DNA of 64,000 bases, from the IMG/VR virus record IMGVR_UViG_3300037991_001521, positions 1 through 64,000 of that record, one strand, 5' to 3'. Position numbers and translations under genes: made by a program. The notes below the pieces were generated by a model. That model was not told where the DNA came from. It was given only the letters and a program-made list of their open reading frames with translations, and did not search any database. This DNA comes from an uncultured virus (IMG/VR IMGVR_UViG_3300037991_001521) (taxonomy: Duplodnaviria > Heunggongvirae > Uroviricota > Caudoviricetes > Autographiviridae). Below are positions 17,030-25,287 of the stretch, piece after piece. Position 1 is the stretch's first letter. Each line of letters opens with the position of its first letter.

Positions 17030-18589
17030 TTAGGATGATTGTTGTAGCTGGTCCGCTACGATTGGATTTTTAGAGGGGTCAGCCATTGGTGTCTTCATTG
17101 CATCAATAGCTAGTTGATTATTTTGCAAGTCTTGCTGCTGTTGCATTGCCATCTGCCTTTCCTCTTGCACCTCTTGCATAGAACGTACAAGGTTCAAGAC
17201 GTCAATACCCTGGGCCGCGGCCAAACGTTTGATCACTTCGTCAGTGTTAATAAACTGACCAATAGCTTCAGGACCAAGAGTCTGTGCAATGATAGTCAGG
17301 AACTGACCAAGACTTTCTCTGTCTTGTCCACGACCAAGAGCATTGATACCAGCAACGATTGTTGGTTTGACAATATCTTTGGGGATCCGTGGAATTTCGC
17401 CAGACTTTTGCGCCTGACTAAGTTTACGATTTAGGTATGGAACAAGGAAGTCAACTGTGAGCAGACTAAACAGTCCGCCAAGCTGTTGCTCCAGCTCCAT
17501 CTGTGTCATGCGTACTTCTTCTGCAGTCGTACGTTCACTGTTCCTCACGTTCATAATGAGGAATGCTTCGTTTAGGCGACGTTCGAGTACACCAATCATT
17601 TCGTAGGCAGTACGGAAGTCAGCAGTCTTGCCAACCTGAATGACACCAACGTCATCAGGACGACCTTGAATAATGGCCCCGTTACCTGCCTGTGCAAGGG
17701 TGCTAGGTTTAGTTGTAGATGATGGACTGACAGTAAATACAACTTTACTTGCAGCAGCAGATCCTTCTACAATTGCCTGAGACAATCCTTCTAAAGATTT
17801 GAGGTCACCGATAAATTGCCCGGCTCTGCCTCTACCGTAGGATTCACCATCGACCGTGTTAAATCTCAATGGAATCCAAGGATTTACATCGAGTGGTGAT
17901 TTACCTTGTGAACCTTTTACTATTGTGTCGTACACCTCTTGGTGCCAGACAAACCGATTGTTGTCACGACGTACGTGTGTGTACACGTCTACATCATCTT
18001 TGTATGAACTGTTTTCATCCATGACCTTCTCGTTAAGGAGTCCGTCAGGCAGTTGTTTTTCAATTAGTTTTTTAGAGATACGTTCTTTCGTGACTATTTC
18101 AATCACTTGACCGTTCCCGTCCCGATCCACTACATAGCGATTCAGAGGGTATAACTTCAATCCTAATTTGCTCATGAAGATGAGAGCATTACCACCTACA
18201 ACCAAATGCTGCAAAGCCTGATGGACCACAACGCGGTCATCAGATGCTGCAATAGATTCCAGGATTGTACGCTCAACCTTTGCAAAAGACAAATCAAGTT
18301 CAGACTTAATTTCAGGCCCAAAGTCTTGACCCAGTTGACTTTCGTCAAGCTGCAGTTTAAAAAACGAAGTTTGCACAGGAAGCAGAGCCAGCATCAATTT
18401 AGATGCCAACGTCACACAACCCTTAGCTCCAACGCTTTGATACGGTGTCTTAAGTTGTCGCATACCCGTGTGACTTTCTTCGTGTCCACGGATTAAATAT
18501 GGAAGAGTTAGTTCTGATGCTTGTTTAGCTTCATCAAGGAACTGTGAACGATCACTCGACAAATAGTCATACCTTGTACGTGCTGACAT
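17030..18589 (-). CDS. Portal / head-tail connector (gp8), copy A
   Basis: QSVGAKGCVTLASKLMLALLP, RTTAEEVR, GINALGRGQD motifs. Confidence 0.96.
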   Translation of the reverse strand: MSARTRYDYLSSDRSQFLDEAKQASELTLPYLIRGHEESHTGMRQLKTPYQSVGAKGCVTLASKLMLALLPVQTSFFKLQLDESQLGQDFGPEIKSELDLSFAKVERTILESIAASDDRVVVHQALQHLVVGGNALIFMSKLGLKLYPLNRYVVDRDGNGQVIEIVTKERISKKLIEKQLPDGLLNEKVMDENSSYKDDVDVYTHVRRDNNRFVWHQEVYDTIVKGSQGKSPLDVNPWIPLRFNTVDGESYGRGRAGQFIGDLKSLEGLSQAIVEGSAAASKVVFTVSPSSTTKPSTLAQAGNGAIIQGRPDDVGVIQVGKTADFRTAYEMIGVLERRLNEAFLIMNVRNSERTTAEEVRMTQMELEQQLGGLFSLLTVDFLVPYLNRKLSQAQKSGEIPRIPKDIVKPTIVAGINALGRGQDRESLGQFLTIIAQTLGPEAIGQFINTDEVIKRLAAAQGIDVLNLVRSMQEVQEERQMAMQQQQDLQNNQLAIDAMKTPMADPSKNPIVADQLQQSS

Positions 18590-18591
18590 TA

Positions 18592-19455
18592 TTAAATGTT
18601 AAGTGATGAGATACGCATACCAGATCTACCGAACTGGCTGCTGACTGTACGTCTTGCTCCGGTCGATGTAAATTCAGGTGAACGTGCAGCTTTGACACCT
18701 GAGACCCTTTGACGATTAGAGTTAGCGTAGGCGTCTGTAACACGTGCTCGTTGCTGACGTTGGATGTCAGCTTCTTGAGCTGTTTTGATTTGTGCTTTCA
18801 ACCCACCAATTTGATCTTCGTAACCAGTGCGAGTTGTACTCAACTCACTACGCAAAGCGTCAATGTTTGTTTGGAACAAACTGCGTTGTGATGCAAGTTG
18901 ATCAGCAGATTGTTGTCCGAGGGTTTGTCTCAAAGTATTCATTTGTGAAGCATACTCACCGCTGAGTTGTGAACGCAAATCACTGAGAGCTTTTGTCCGC
19001 TCGTTTGTGTATTGGGAACCCAGCGTTGACCGCAAACTTGCAAGCTGCTGGTCTACCTGCTCTTGTGTAATACCTGGGACAGGCTTAGGTGCGTTTGCAA
19101 TTTCTAGCTCACGCGCTTTTGTACTTTGTGTTAGCGCATCTAAACGGGACTGCAAATCCGCAATAGTTTTTGCTTGTTCAGGATCAGTGCGGTACTCAAT
19201 CTTAGCTTGTTGTTGTTGAGGAAAAGTTTGATAGACGTTTTGAGTATAAATATCTCCATCATCATTTGAATATTTAACAGTATCAACCAGAGCTTTTCCA
19301 GCACCGCCTTTGAATGAAATATCATCCCTTAAGACCGATCGCATAGGGTCAGAGTTAATTTTCTTAAAGACACTAGGGTTCCTTTGGGCTAAGTTATACA
19401 AAAGGTCATGATTGTAATCATTACCGATCAAGTCAGGATGTCTAGATGCGTACAT
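18592..19455 (-). CDS. Pre-portal virion protein (gp7.3 position), coiled-coil
   Basis: C-terminus FGRSGMRISSLNI matches FGRAGERLMKISSLNV at 63790; synteny. Confidence 0.6.
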   Translation of the reverse strand: MYASRHPDLIGNDYNHDLLYNLAQRNPSVFKKINSDPMRSVLRDDISFKGGAGKALVDTVKYSNDDGDIYTQNVYQTFPQQQQAKIEYRTDPEQAKTIADLQSRLDALTQSTKARELEIANAPKPVPGITQEQVDQQLASLRSTLGSQYTNERTKALSDLRSQLSGEYASQMNTLRQTLGQQSADQLASQRSLFQTNIDALRSELSTTRTGYEDQIGGLKAQIKTAQEADIQRQQRARVTDAYANSNRQRVSGVKAARSPEFTSTGARRTVSSQFGRSGMRISSLNI

Positions 19456-19637
19456 TACTTATTATCCTCCATATATTTAATGACCCACTCAACGACACTA
19501 CGCTGACCGGATCGGTACATAATCTTTTGCATTGTATCGTCAGGTGAAGGGTTCGTGGGTGGGAATGATTCTTCCAGTGCATGGATCAATCCTTGAGAGT
19601 TCATCCCAAGGACTTCAAGCATATTGGGGGAGGTCAT
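19455..19637 (-). CDS. Conserved cyanopodovirus hypothetical protein
   Basis: LEESFPPTNPSP...IMYRSGQRSVVEWV; start refined to ATG 19637. Confidence 0.7.
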   Translation of the reverse strand: MTSPNMLEVLGMNSQGLIHALEESFPPTNPSPDDTMQKIMYRSGQRSVVEWVIKYMEDNK

Positions 19638-20331
19638 TGTTACTGTGTTCAAAGAAGGCTGGAACACGTGATGCTTTTGTGAAGGACAGCTCAGGGGCTT
19701 TACCTTCATACATCAGACGATCACTTGAATCCATCCAAAATTTTTTGTTTAGATATTTGTCGGGGTTAGATGCAGACAAGGGCTGCAACACCCAACTTAT
19801 AGTTGCCTTTCTGAGACGATCAAGAGAAGGACTGATGTTATACCCCAGCTCAGTATGAACCAGACTATTGGTAGCCACATGAATTTGTTCATCTCTGGAA
19901 ATATCTGCGCTACAGGTTCTCATCCCAGGGTCACCAGTAGCGCGAAAGAGTGGTAAAAGAACGAAGAAAATCGCACGTTCGGCCACCATTGCCTTGGTGA
20001 TCGTGTGATCAGGATGCGAAGTCCAAGCTTCACGAAGCCGAAAGGCTTCATCCTCAGCTTTCTCATCAACGCCGTGAGCAGCGGCAATGAAACCAAGTGC
20101 GAGGTCATGTTTTTCTTCGTCCTTGACGTTGGACAGAAGTAGTTCACGCGCCAACTCTGGTACTTCAGTGGCGAGAGCTTCATTGATAAAATCTCCCACA
20201 GGCAGTTCCATGTGACGCAAGGCAAGGGCACGTTTCAATACATCGTGTGCCCCTTCCTTGATTGTACCAGCAGTTGTTTGTACTGGTGTCCATGTTCTTT
20301 TTCGTTCGAGTAATTTTTGATACGGGTTCAT
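19615..20331 (-). CDS. nrdB: Ribonucleotide reductase class I beta subunit (cyanopodovirus type, ferritin-like)
   Basis: Two ExxH motifs (DEEKHD, DEQIHV) with E ligands; directly follows the alpha subunit. Confidence 0.8.
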   Translation of the reverse strand: MNPYQKLLERKRTWTPVQTTAGTIKEGAHDVLKRALALRHMELPVGDFINEALATEVPELARELLLSNVKDEEKHDLALGFIAAAHGVDEKAEDEAFRLREAWTSHPDHTITKAMVAERAIFFVLLPLFRATGDPGMRTCSADISRDEQIHVATNSLVHTELGYNISPSLDRLRKATISWVLQPLSASNPDKYLNKKFWMDSSDRLMYEGKAPELSFTKASRVPAFFEHSNNDLPQYA

Positions 20332-21698
20332 TCTTGACAGTCGCAGGTTTGTTCTTCATTAAGAATGTCTGCAAGGTACTGGTCAACATCATCTTCAGCT
20401 AGTGCAGCGTATGCATCTGACTTATCTTGAGTGTCTCCCATAACTTGTAGACTGTAGTAAAGGGAGGTCTGTGGAGATTCCAACCACTCTTCGATAAAGG
20501 CTTCGTCATATGTAACGACATCACTCCAACTGTTGAAGCTATACCCGTGAAGAAGTCCCGTGCGGTCGAGCATGGTCATGATGCCATCGGCAACACGTTT
20601 GTAGTTTGCCCAACCAACTTCTGATGCAATTTCTACATCGCCATATTCGTATGTCTCGACACCGAAGGTGCCACTATCCCTGTCTACTGTACGCCCGACA
20701 GGCGGAGCGATTTCTGGTGTGCAAGTATAACCATCCAGATCCTTGCTTCGATAACTGCAGGAGGCAGTGGGTGCGATAGCAAAGGCTCGAACCATATTAT
20801 GAGACCTAGCCATTGCTGCGGCAGACTCAATACCAACGTGGAATTGATGCACCAATTCATAGGCTGCTGTGCGTACCACTTCGCCTGCATTGTGCTGGTC
20901 CAAAGCGATACCGAACTGTTCATAAGTTACTCCGTACCGCCGTAGGAGATTTGCCAGTCCGAGCATTCCGAGTCCGACTTGTCGGTCGGTCTCAGGTGGG
21001 AGGTATTCTCCAGAATCGCCAACGCCAGTTTTAGCGTGGAGGGTACACAGCTCCGACATACCCTGAACGAAAGCTCCTGGAATCTCGTCGAACTCACAGG
21101 CACCGAGATTGATATGTTGGAGCAGGCAGGACCCGCGTGAGGGCAGGTATACCTCCAGGCAGACGTTACCTCGGACTCGATTTCCTTCATTGTCATACTT
21201 TACCTTGTTAAGCCAAATGTCTCCTGCCTTGATGGATTGTAGGAGTTGTTCCTTAAAAGTGCACGACCGCCACCAACCTTCAGTGATGTTGATGCATCGC
21301 TTAATCCATGGCAGCTCATGACGAGGTGTTTGAATAAACTCAAGGGCATCAGCGTGACAAAGATCAAGGTGACACACAACAGCACCGTTTTTATACACGC
21401 CGCCGCGACGGAGAGTCTCATTTAGTGTTGAGTAGATTTTTGCGAAAGAGACTGGTCCAGATGCAACCAAGCCTTTACCATTTTCTGTTCCTTTGGGTCG
21501 CAGTTCCGACAAGTGGACTGCAACACCTGCTGCATGGCGTAGCGCAAAGGATACGTAGCGCCACGATTTTTCAATTCCATCAGGTCCCTCCATAGAATCC
21601 TGGACAACAAATACCGTGCACGAAACCGGCAGTCTGGACGTTGGATCATCCATCCATTGTTGGACACGTCCGGTGCGAGAAATAAGTGAGGTGGTCAT
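20328..21698 (-). CDS. nrdA: Ribonucleotide reductase alpha subunit (compact cyanopodovirus class I)
   Basis: PVSCT, GNVCLE, AIAPTASCS, LYY and C-terminal CDC motifs. Confidence 0.9.
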   Translation of the reverse strand: MTTSLISRTGRVQQWMDDPTSRLPVSCTVFVVQDSMEGPDGIEKSWRYVSFALRHAAGVAVHLSELRPKGTENGKGLVASGPVSFAKIYSTLNETLRRGGVYKNGAVVCHLDLCHADALEFIQTPRHELPWIKRCINITEGWWRSCTFKEQLLQSIKAGDIWLNKVKYDNEGNRVRGNVCLEVYLPSRGSCLLQHINLGACEFDEIPGAFVQGMSELCTLHAKTGVGDSGEYLPPETDRQVGLGMLGLANLLRRYGVTYEQFGIALDQHNAGEVVRTAAYELVHQFHVGIESAAAMARSHNMVRAFAIAPTASCSYRSKDLDGYTCTPEIAPPVGRTVDRDSGTFGVETYEYGDVEIASEVGWANYKRVADGIMTMLDRTGLLHGYSFNSWSDVVTYDEAFIEEWLESPQTSLYYSLQVMGDTQDKSDAYAALAEDDVDQYLADILNEEQTCDCQE

Positions 21699-22058
21699 TC
21701 GATAATCAGATCTTGCAGATAAGGTTCTTTGTAGTTAGGTCCTTTCAGGACTTTGCCGTCAGGACGGTAAATAGGTTTGCCAAACTCGTCAAGCTTGGAC
21801 ATGTTTGATTCGTGAACCCGACGGAAAGCTTCGTCAAGATCCCACTCTTGTGATGCAGCAAATTGATAGCAAACATAGACAAGGTCTGCTAACTCTTTCA
21901 ACTGCTCACAATCATCTTTCATGTGGTAAGCTTCGTGGAACTCTGACCACTCTTCATCGATCAAAGATTTCTGTAGGCCGCGCTGGTCCTTCCCAGTCAT
22001 CAAAGTATACGNNNNNNNNNNCCATCGTCATCAGGCTGCGATGAATGTAGGAGTTCAT
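21695..22058 (-). CDS. MazG-like all-alpha NTP pyrophosphohydrolase, spans an N gap
   Basis: LIDEEWSEF...KELADLVYV...VHESNMSK...DGKVLKGPNY; probable N-terminus MNSYIHRSLMTM at 22058, upstream of the gap. Confidence 0.8.
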
Positions 22059-22236
22059 TTTCAAGATAGTGGATAGCTTTTTTAAGGTCTTGAGTCTTTG
22101 TGTTATCACCTTTGAAACCGGCTCTGCAAATATATTTAATAGCATTGCCGAGATGATAGTTGAGTTGTTGATCGCGGATAAAATCCCAAACCTCTATGCT
22201 TCCTCGGGTGTAGTGAGCAGGGGACGGTTGGGCCAT
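22022..22236 (-). CDS. DUF3310 / T7 gp1.7-like nucleotide kinase; end lost in gap
   Basis: PAHYTRGSIEVWDFI...GNAIKYICRAGFKG...DLKKAIHYL. Confidence 0.85.
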
Positions 22237-22436
22237 TTCTTAACTAGATTGGTAACAGTGTTTGCGAGGCAGAAGTTCTGCTTTTGCAAGGCTAGGTATA
22301 CAGTAATAATATCTTCTTTGTTAGCTTCTTTCATCAAGTCTTCAATCTGTCGAAGTTTGAATTGCTGCTCTATCGTCAGCTCCATCACTGGAGGTGGCGG
22401 GAAGCCATGGTATGACTCGTTTGTTGACTGCGTCAT
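22194..22436 (-). CDS. nblA: Phycobilisome degradation adaptor NblA-like
   Basis: ELTIEQQFKLRQIEDLM...LALQKQNF...LVKKW resembles the NblA LxxEQQF...W pattern; overlaps the exonuclease 3' end; alternative start 22385. Confidence 0.7.
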   Translation of the reverse strand: MTQSTNESYHGFPPPPVMELTIEQQFKLRQIEDLMKEANKEDIITVYLALQKQNFCLANTVTNLVKKWPNRPLLTTPEEA

Positions 22437-23112
22437 AGTCAGTATGTTGTAAAATTTTTGCGAGACGTGCATTTATCAACGCTGTTTCTTCATCCAATTC
22501 TTTGGACTTGAAGGCTTTGACAACTGTGTCCCATGTGTAACCATCTTTGTCAAGCAAAGCAATGGCACGTTTGACGCCGATCCCTGGCACTCCACCGTAA
22601 CCATCTGTTTGGTCACCAGCGAGTGTCTGCACAAGATGCCAACGCATACCTTCTTCCTCTGTGACCTCAATGGTTTCGTCAAGGTTGTATAGTTTGCCAG
22701 GGATTTGCCGCATGTCTTTGTCTGGACTGACAATAATGTTGCCTGGTTCATAGGTTGCGTAGATACCCATGGCATCGTCAGCTTCTAGTTCAGGCAGCCT
22801 GATAACTTTGTAACGGTTGCTAAGTTCTGTGATAACTCTACGATAGCCACAAGGTTTCTTTCTGTTTCGGTGACCCTTGTATTCTGGGTAAATTTTTTTC
22901 CTAAAATTTTTAGAGTCACTGAAAAACAAAATTAGCTCTGGTGTGTCCCACATGAAATGGTCTTTAATTCTGCTCAGTTCACGTTCAACACTTTGTAGTG
23001 CCTCACTAAATTTGCTGATGACAACAATGACGTCGTCACCCCAATCAATTTCGTCTTCTGCTGCAGCACAGCATTTGTAGACAATAAAATCAGCGTCAAC
23101 AAGAAGTTTCAT
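22342..23112 (-). CDS. 5'-3' exonuclease (gp6-like)
   Basis: LLVDADF, YKGHR, LEADDAMG, SPDKD, GDQTDGYGGVPGIG; ATG 23112 coupled (ATGA) to the upstream stop. Confidence 0.93.
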   Translation of the reverse strand: MKLLVDADFIVYKCCAAAEDEIDWGDDVIVVISKFSEALQSVERELSRIKDHFMWDTPELILFFSDSKNFRKKIYPEYKGHRNRKKPCGYRRVITELSNRYKVIRLPELEADDAMGIYATYEPGNIIVSPDKDMRQIPGKLYNLDETIEVTEEEGMRWHLVQTLAGDQTDGYGGVPGIGVKRAIALLDKDGYTWDTVVKAFKSKELDEETALINARLAKILQHTDYDAVNKRVIPWLPATSSDGADDRAAIQTSTD

Positions 23113-23456
23113 GACCAGAAAGTTTCCCAACCGATAGGTACGTGTCGTTTGTTCCAGCGTGGTTGCCAGTTTTCAGGATCGATGTATACGTGGTACACAC
23201 CGGGCAATGGTTTGGCTTGGTTGTTAGCCTTCCATTTACCTGTTGTTGTTTTCTTCATGCATTTGACGTCGATACGAAGGACCTCACCGTCTTTTTCAAT
23301 AACAAGATCTGTGTTACCAACACATGAAAGGTTGCGAAACACTTCTGCACCTCGCAGCATTGCTTCACGGGCAACTGCTAATTCATAAACGTCTCCAACA
23401 CGACTAGGATTAGTGTGTTTCTGCCCACGAATGACCGACGCTTGCTTCTGCTGCAA
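23109..23456 (-). CDS. PD-(D/E)XK-type endonuclease (start uncertain)
   Basis: GDVYE...TDLV...IDVK motif; nearest in-frame near-canonical start is TTG 23456, inside the DNAP gene. Confidence 0.6.
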   Translation of the reverse strand: MQQKQASVIRGQKHTNPSRVGDVYELAVAREAMLRGAEVFRNLSCVGNTDLVIEKDGEVLRIDVKCMKKTTTGKWKANNQAKPLPGVYHVYIDPENWQPRWNKRHVPIGWETFWS

Positions 23457-24687
23457 TTGGGATTCTAAGGTTGTAATATTCTCCTGCGTGTTTTGCACTT
23501 CGCTCAAGGAGAGCTGATAAGGAGTCTGCATAGTTAGGGGTGGTTTCAAACTGCAATTCGTCGTGAACAAACGCAAGCTGGTTGCAAGGTAAGTTCTGTT
23601 TTGTAATATCTTCGTTAGCCAATACCATCCAGCGTTTTGCGATAACGCCAGCGCCTGACTGAAGTAAATAATTAAGTGCCTTGTGCTGACTATCAACCTT
23701 GATTGGTCTTCCGTCAATAGATTTTACGTGACCTTTTTTGCTGGCTTTTTTTATAGCCGCAAGCAATTCTGCAAGGCCATCAATAGAAGAAACAAACGCT
23801 TGTCTGAGTTCTGCTCCCTTCGCTTTTGCTTGTTCGTCAGATAGTTGGGCATCAAAGGTTTTGCCTAATTTAAGATTGCCCCCTCCATAGGTGAAACAAT
23901 AGGTGATACGTTTAATTTCAGATCTGGTGACACCGACTCGATCGGCATTGACTTGATGGATGTCTCCGGTAAGGAGGGTGTCGGCAAATTCCGTAGACCA
24001 TTTAGAAAGGTAATGTGCGAGCATCCGTAGCTCGATGCCGCTAAGATCGGCACCCACCATAACTTGACCAGGCGATGCTTTAAAAAGTTGTCTACAATCA
24101 TGGTCAGAAGGTACTTGAGAAAGGTTTGGTTTTCGGTGGGCACATCTGTGCGTGTTTGTTGCAACTGAGCAGTGATGATGTACTCGACTAGCAGTCGTAC
24201 ATAGCTTCAGCCATGCGTTCACGCCTTGCGAGATCATCCCCAATTTCTTTGTAATAGTTAGACACTTGAGAAAGCCCTCGGCAATCGTAATCCCACTCGA
24301 AGCAACTTCTGTCAGCACATTCTCGTCGATTACTGCTTTGCCCGTCTCTGTTCGTAATGTTGGTTCCCATCCGTAATGTTCTCCCAAGAACCATGCAATA
24401 TGGTCCCGTGATGTGGGGTTAAGTTCAGTGATGCGGGTGAATGTTGCTCCGGCGATATACCCGTAGCGTTTGTTATTTGCCTTAGGAGTGAATTCCGATC
24501 TTGGTGTGTAAGCGTGCCCGTCGCGTAGTACTGCACAAGTTTCTTCAAGTTCTGCTCTGAGAGATGATGACAGTTCCCATGCAGCGCGTTCATCAAAATA
24601 CCATCCATGGAGTTCCTGTGTGGTGAGAATTTGTGCAACCTGGTGTTCTAGTTGGACCCACTCAGGTATTTGTGGAAGTGGTCGCAT
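23410..24687 (-). CDS. DNA polymerase family A, polymerase domain
   Basis: Motif A DLSGIELR, motif B KRITYCFTYG, motif C VHDE; ATG 24687 overlaps the exonuclease-domain ORF. Confidence 0.95.
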   Translation of the reverse strand: MRPLPQIPEWVQLEHQVAQILTTQELHGWYFDERAAWELSSSLRAELEETCAVLRDGHAYTPRSEFTPKANNKRYGYIAGATFTRITELNPTSRDHIAWFLGEHYGWEPTLRTETGKAVIDENVLTEVASSGITIAEGFLKCLTITKKLGMISQGVNAWLKLCTTASRVHHHCSVATNTHRCAHRKPNLSQVPSDHDCRQLFKASPGQVMVGADLSGIELRMLAHYLSKWSTEFADTLLTGDIHQVNADRVGVTRSEIKRITYCFTYGGGNLKLGKTFDAQLSDEQAKAKGAELRQAFVSSIDGLAELLAAIKKASKKGHVKSIDGRPIKVDSQHKALNYLLQSGAGVIAKRWMVLANEDITKQNLPCNQLAFVHDELQFETTPNYADSLSALLERSAKHAGEYYNLRIPIAAEASVGHSWAETH

Positions 24688-25175
24688 AGTTTGCGAGTGA
24701 CGTTGACATCTTGTACGCAATAATCTTGCATCTCTTGACTCCACTCTTGCCAGTCAGTGTCTTTACCGAAAGACCCTTTGTATTCTCCCAGCCTATACCC
24801 GTAGGATTCGAGTGAATGCCTACCGTATAGCTGTAGTGGCATTTGGTCCCAGCTACGGTCTTGATCAACTTTGAGCATATCTGTGTGATACAGACGTGAC
24901 AACAACAAAGTGTCTACAACCATGGCGGTTGGTGAGAACCACGAGTAAATCTTACGGAGACAAGGTATGTCATAGCCGATGACGTTGTGGCCCACAATGA
25001 CGTCAGCATCTTCGAGCCTTTGGACACCACGGGTGATCGGCTCAGCGTTACCTTCGTCGTTGTAAGCAATCGTCTCACCAGTTTCCTGCTCATGAATAAC
25101 AAGGCAGTGGATTTTGGTAACATCATTCAGGAGACCGTTGCTTTCTAGATCGAATACTAGAGTGTTTCCAGACAT
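24648..25175 (-). CDS. DNA polymerase family A, 3'-5' exonuclease domain (separate ORF)
   Basis: ExoI VFDLES, ExoII GHNVIGYD, ExoIII YCVQDV. Confidence 0.92.
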   Translation of the reverse strand: MSGNTLVFDLESNGLLNDVTKIHCLVIHEQETGETIAYNDEGNAEPITRGVQRLEDADVIVGHNVIGYDIPCLRKIYSWFSPTAMVVDTLLLSRLYHTDMLKVDQDRSWDQMPLQLYGRHSLESYGYRLGEYKGSFGKDTDWQEWSQEMQDYCVQDVNVTRKLCDHFHKYLSGSN

Positions 25176-25287
25176 AAGTCTTGTCAACAAATTGTGCACG
25201 TTTCACCATTTCCGGTGTGGGTGGGTTGGGTCGTTTGAGTTCAGAAATCTGGGATGTATTCAGGCTCCGTTGTTGATTCAGTTTCAT
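25123..25287 (-). CDS. Small overlapping hypothetical ORF (54 aa, ...KRPNPPTPEMVKRAQFVDKTYVW...)
   Basis: ATG 25287 to TGA 25123; bridges the helicase end and the polymerase start. Confidence 0.4.
   Translation of the reverse strand: MKLNQQRSLNTSQISELKRPNPPTPEMVKRAQFVDKTYVWKHSSIRSRKQRSPE

Noticed and set aside
20328..21698. Class II (B12) RNR call
   Set aside because: The adjacent ferritin-like beta gene supports class I
22012..22021. N gaps (15916, 22012, 30765) as frameshifts or as the A/B junction
   Set aside because: Fixed 10-N placeholders; flanking protein sequence is continuous, implying small missing segments
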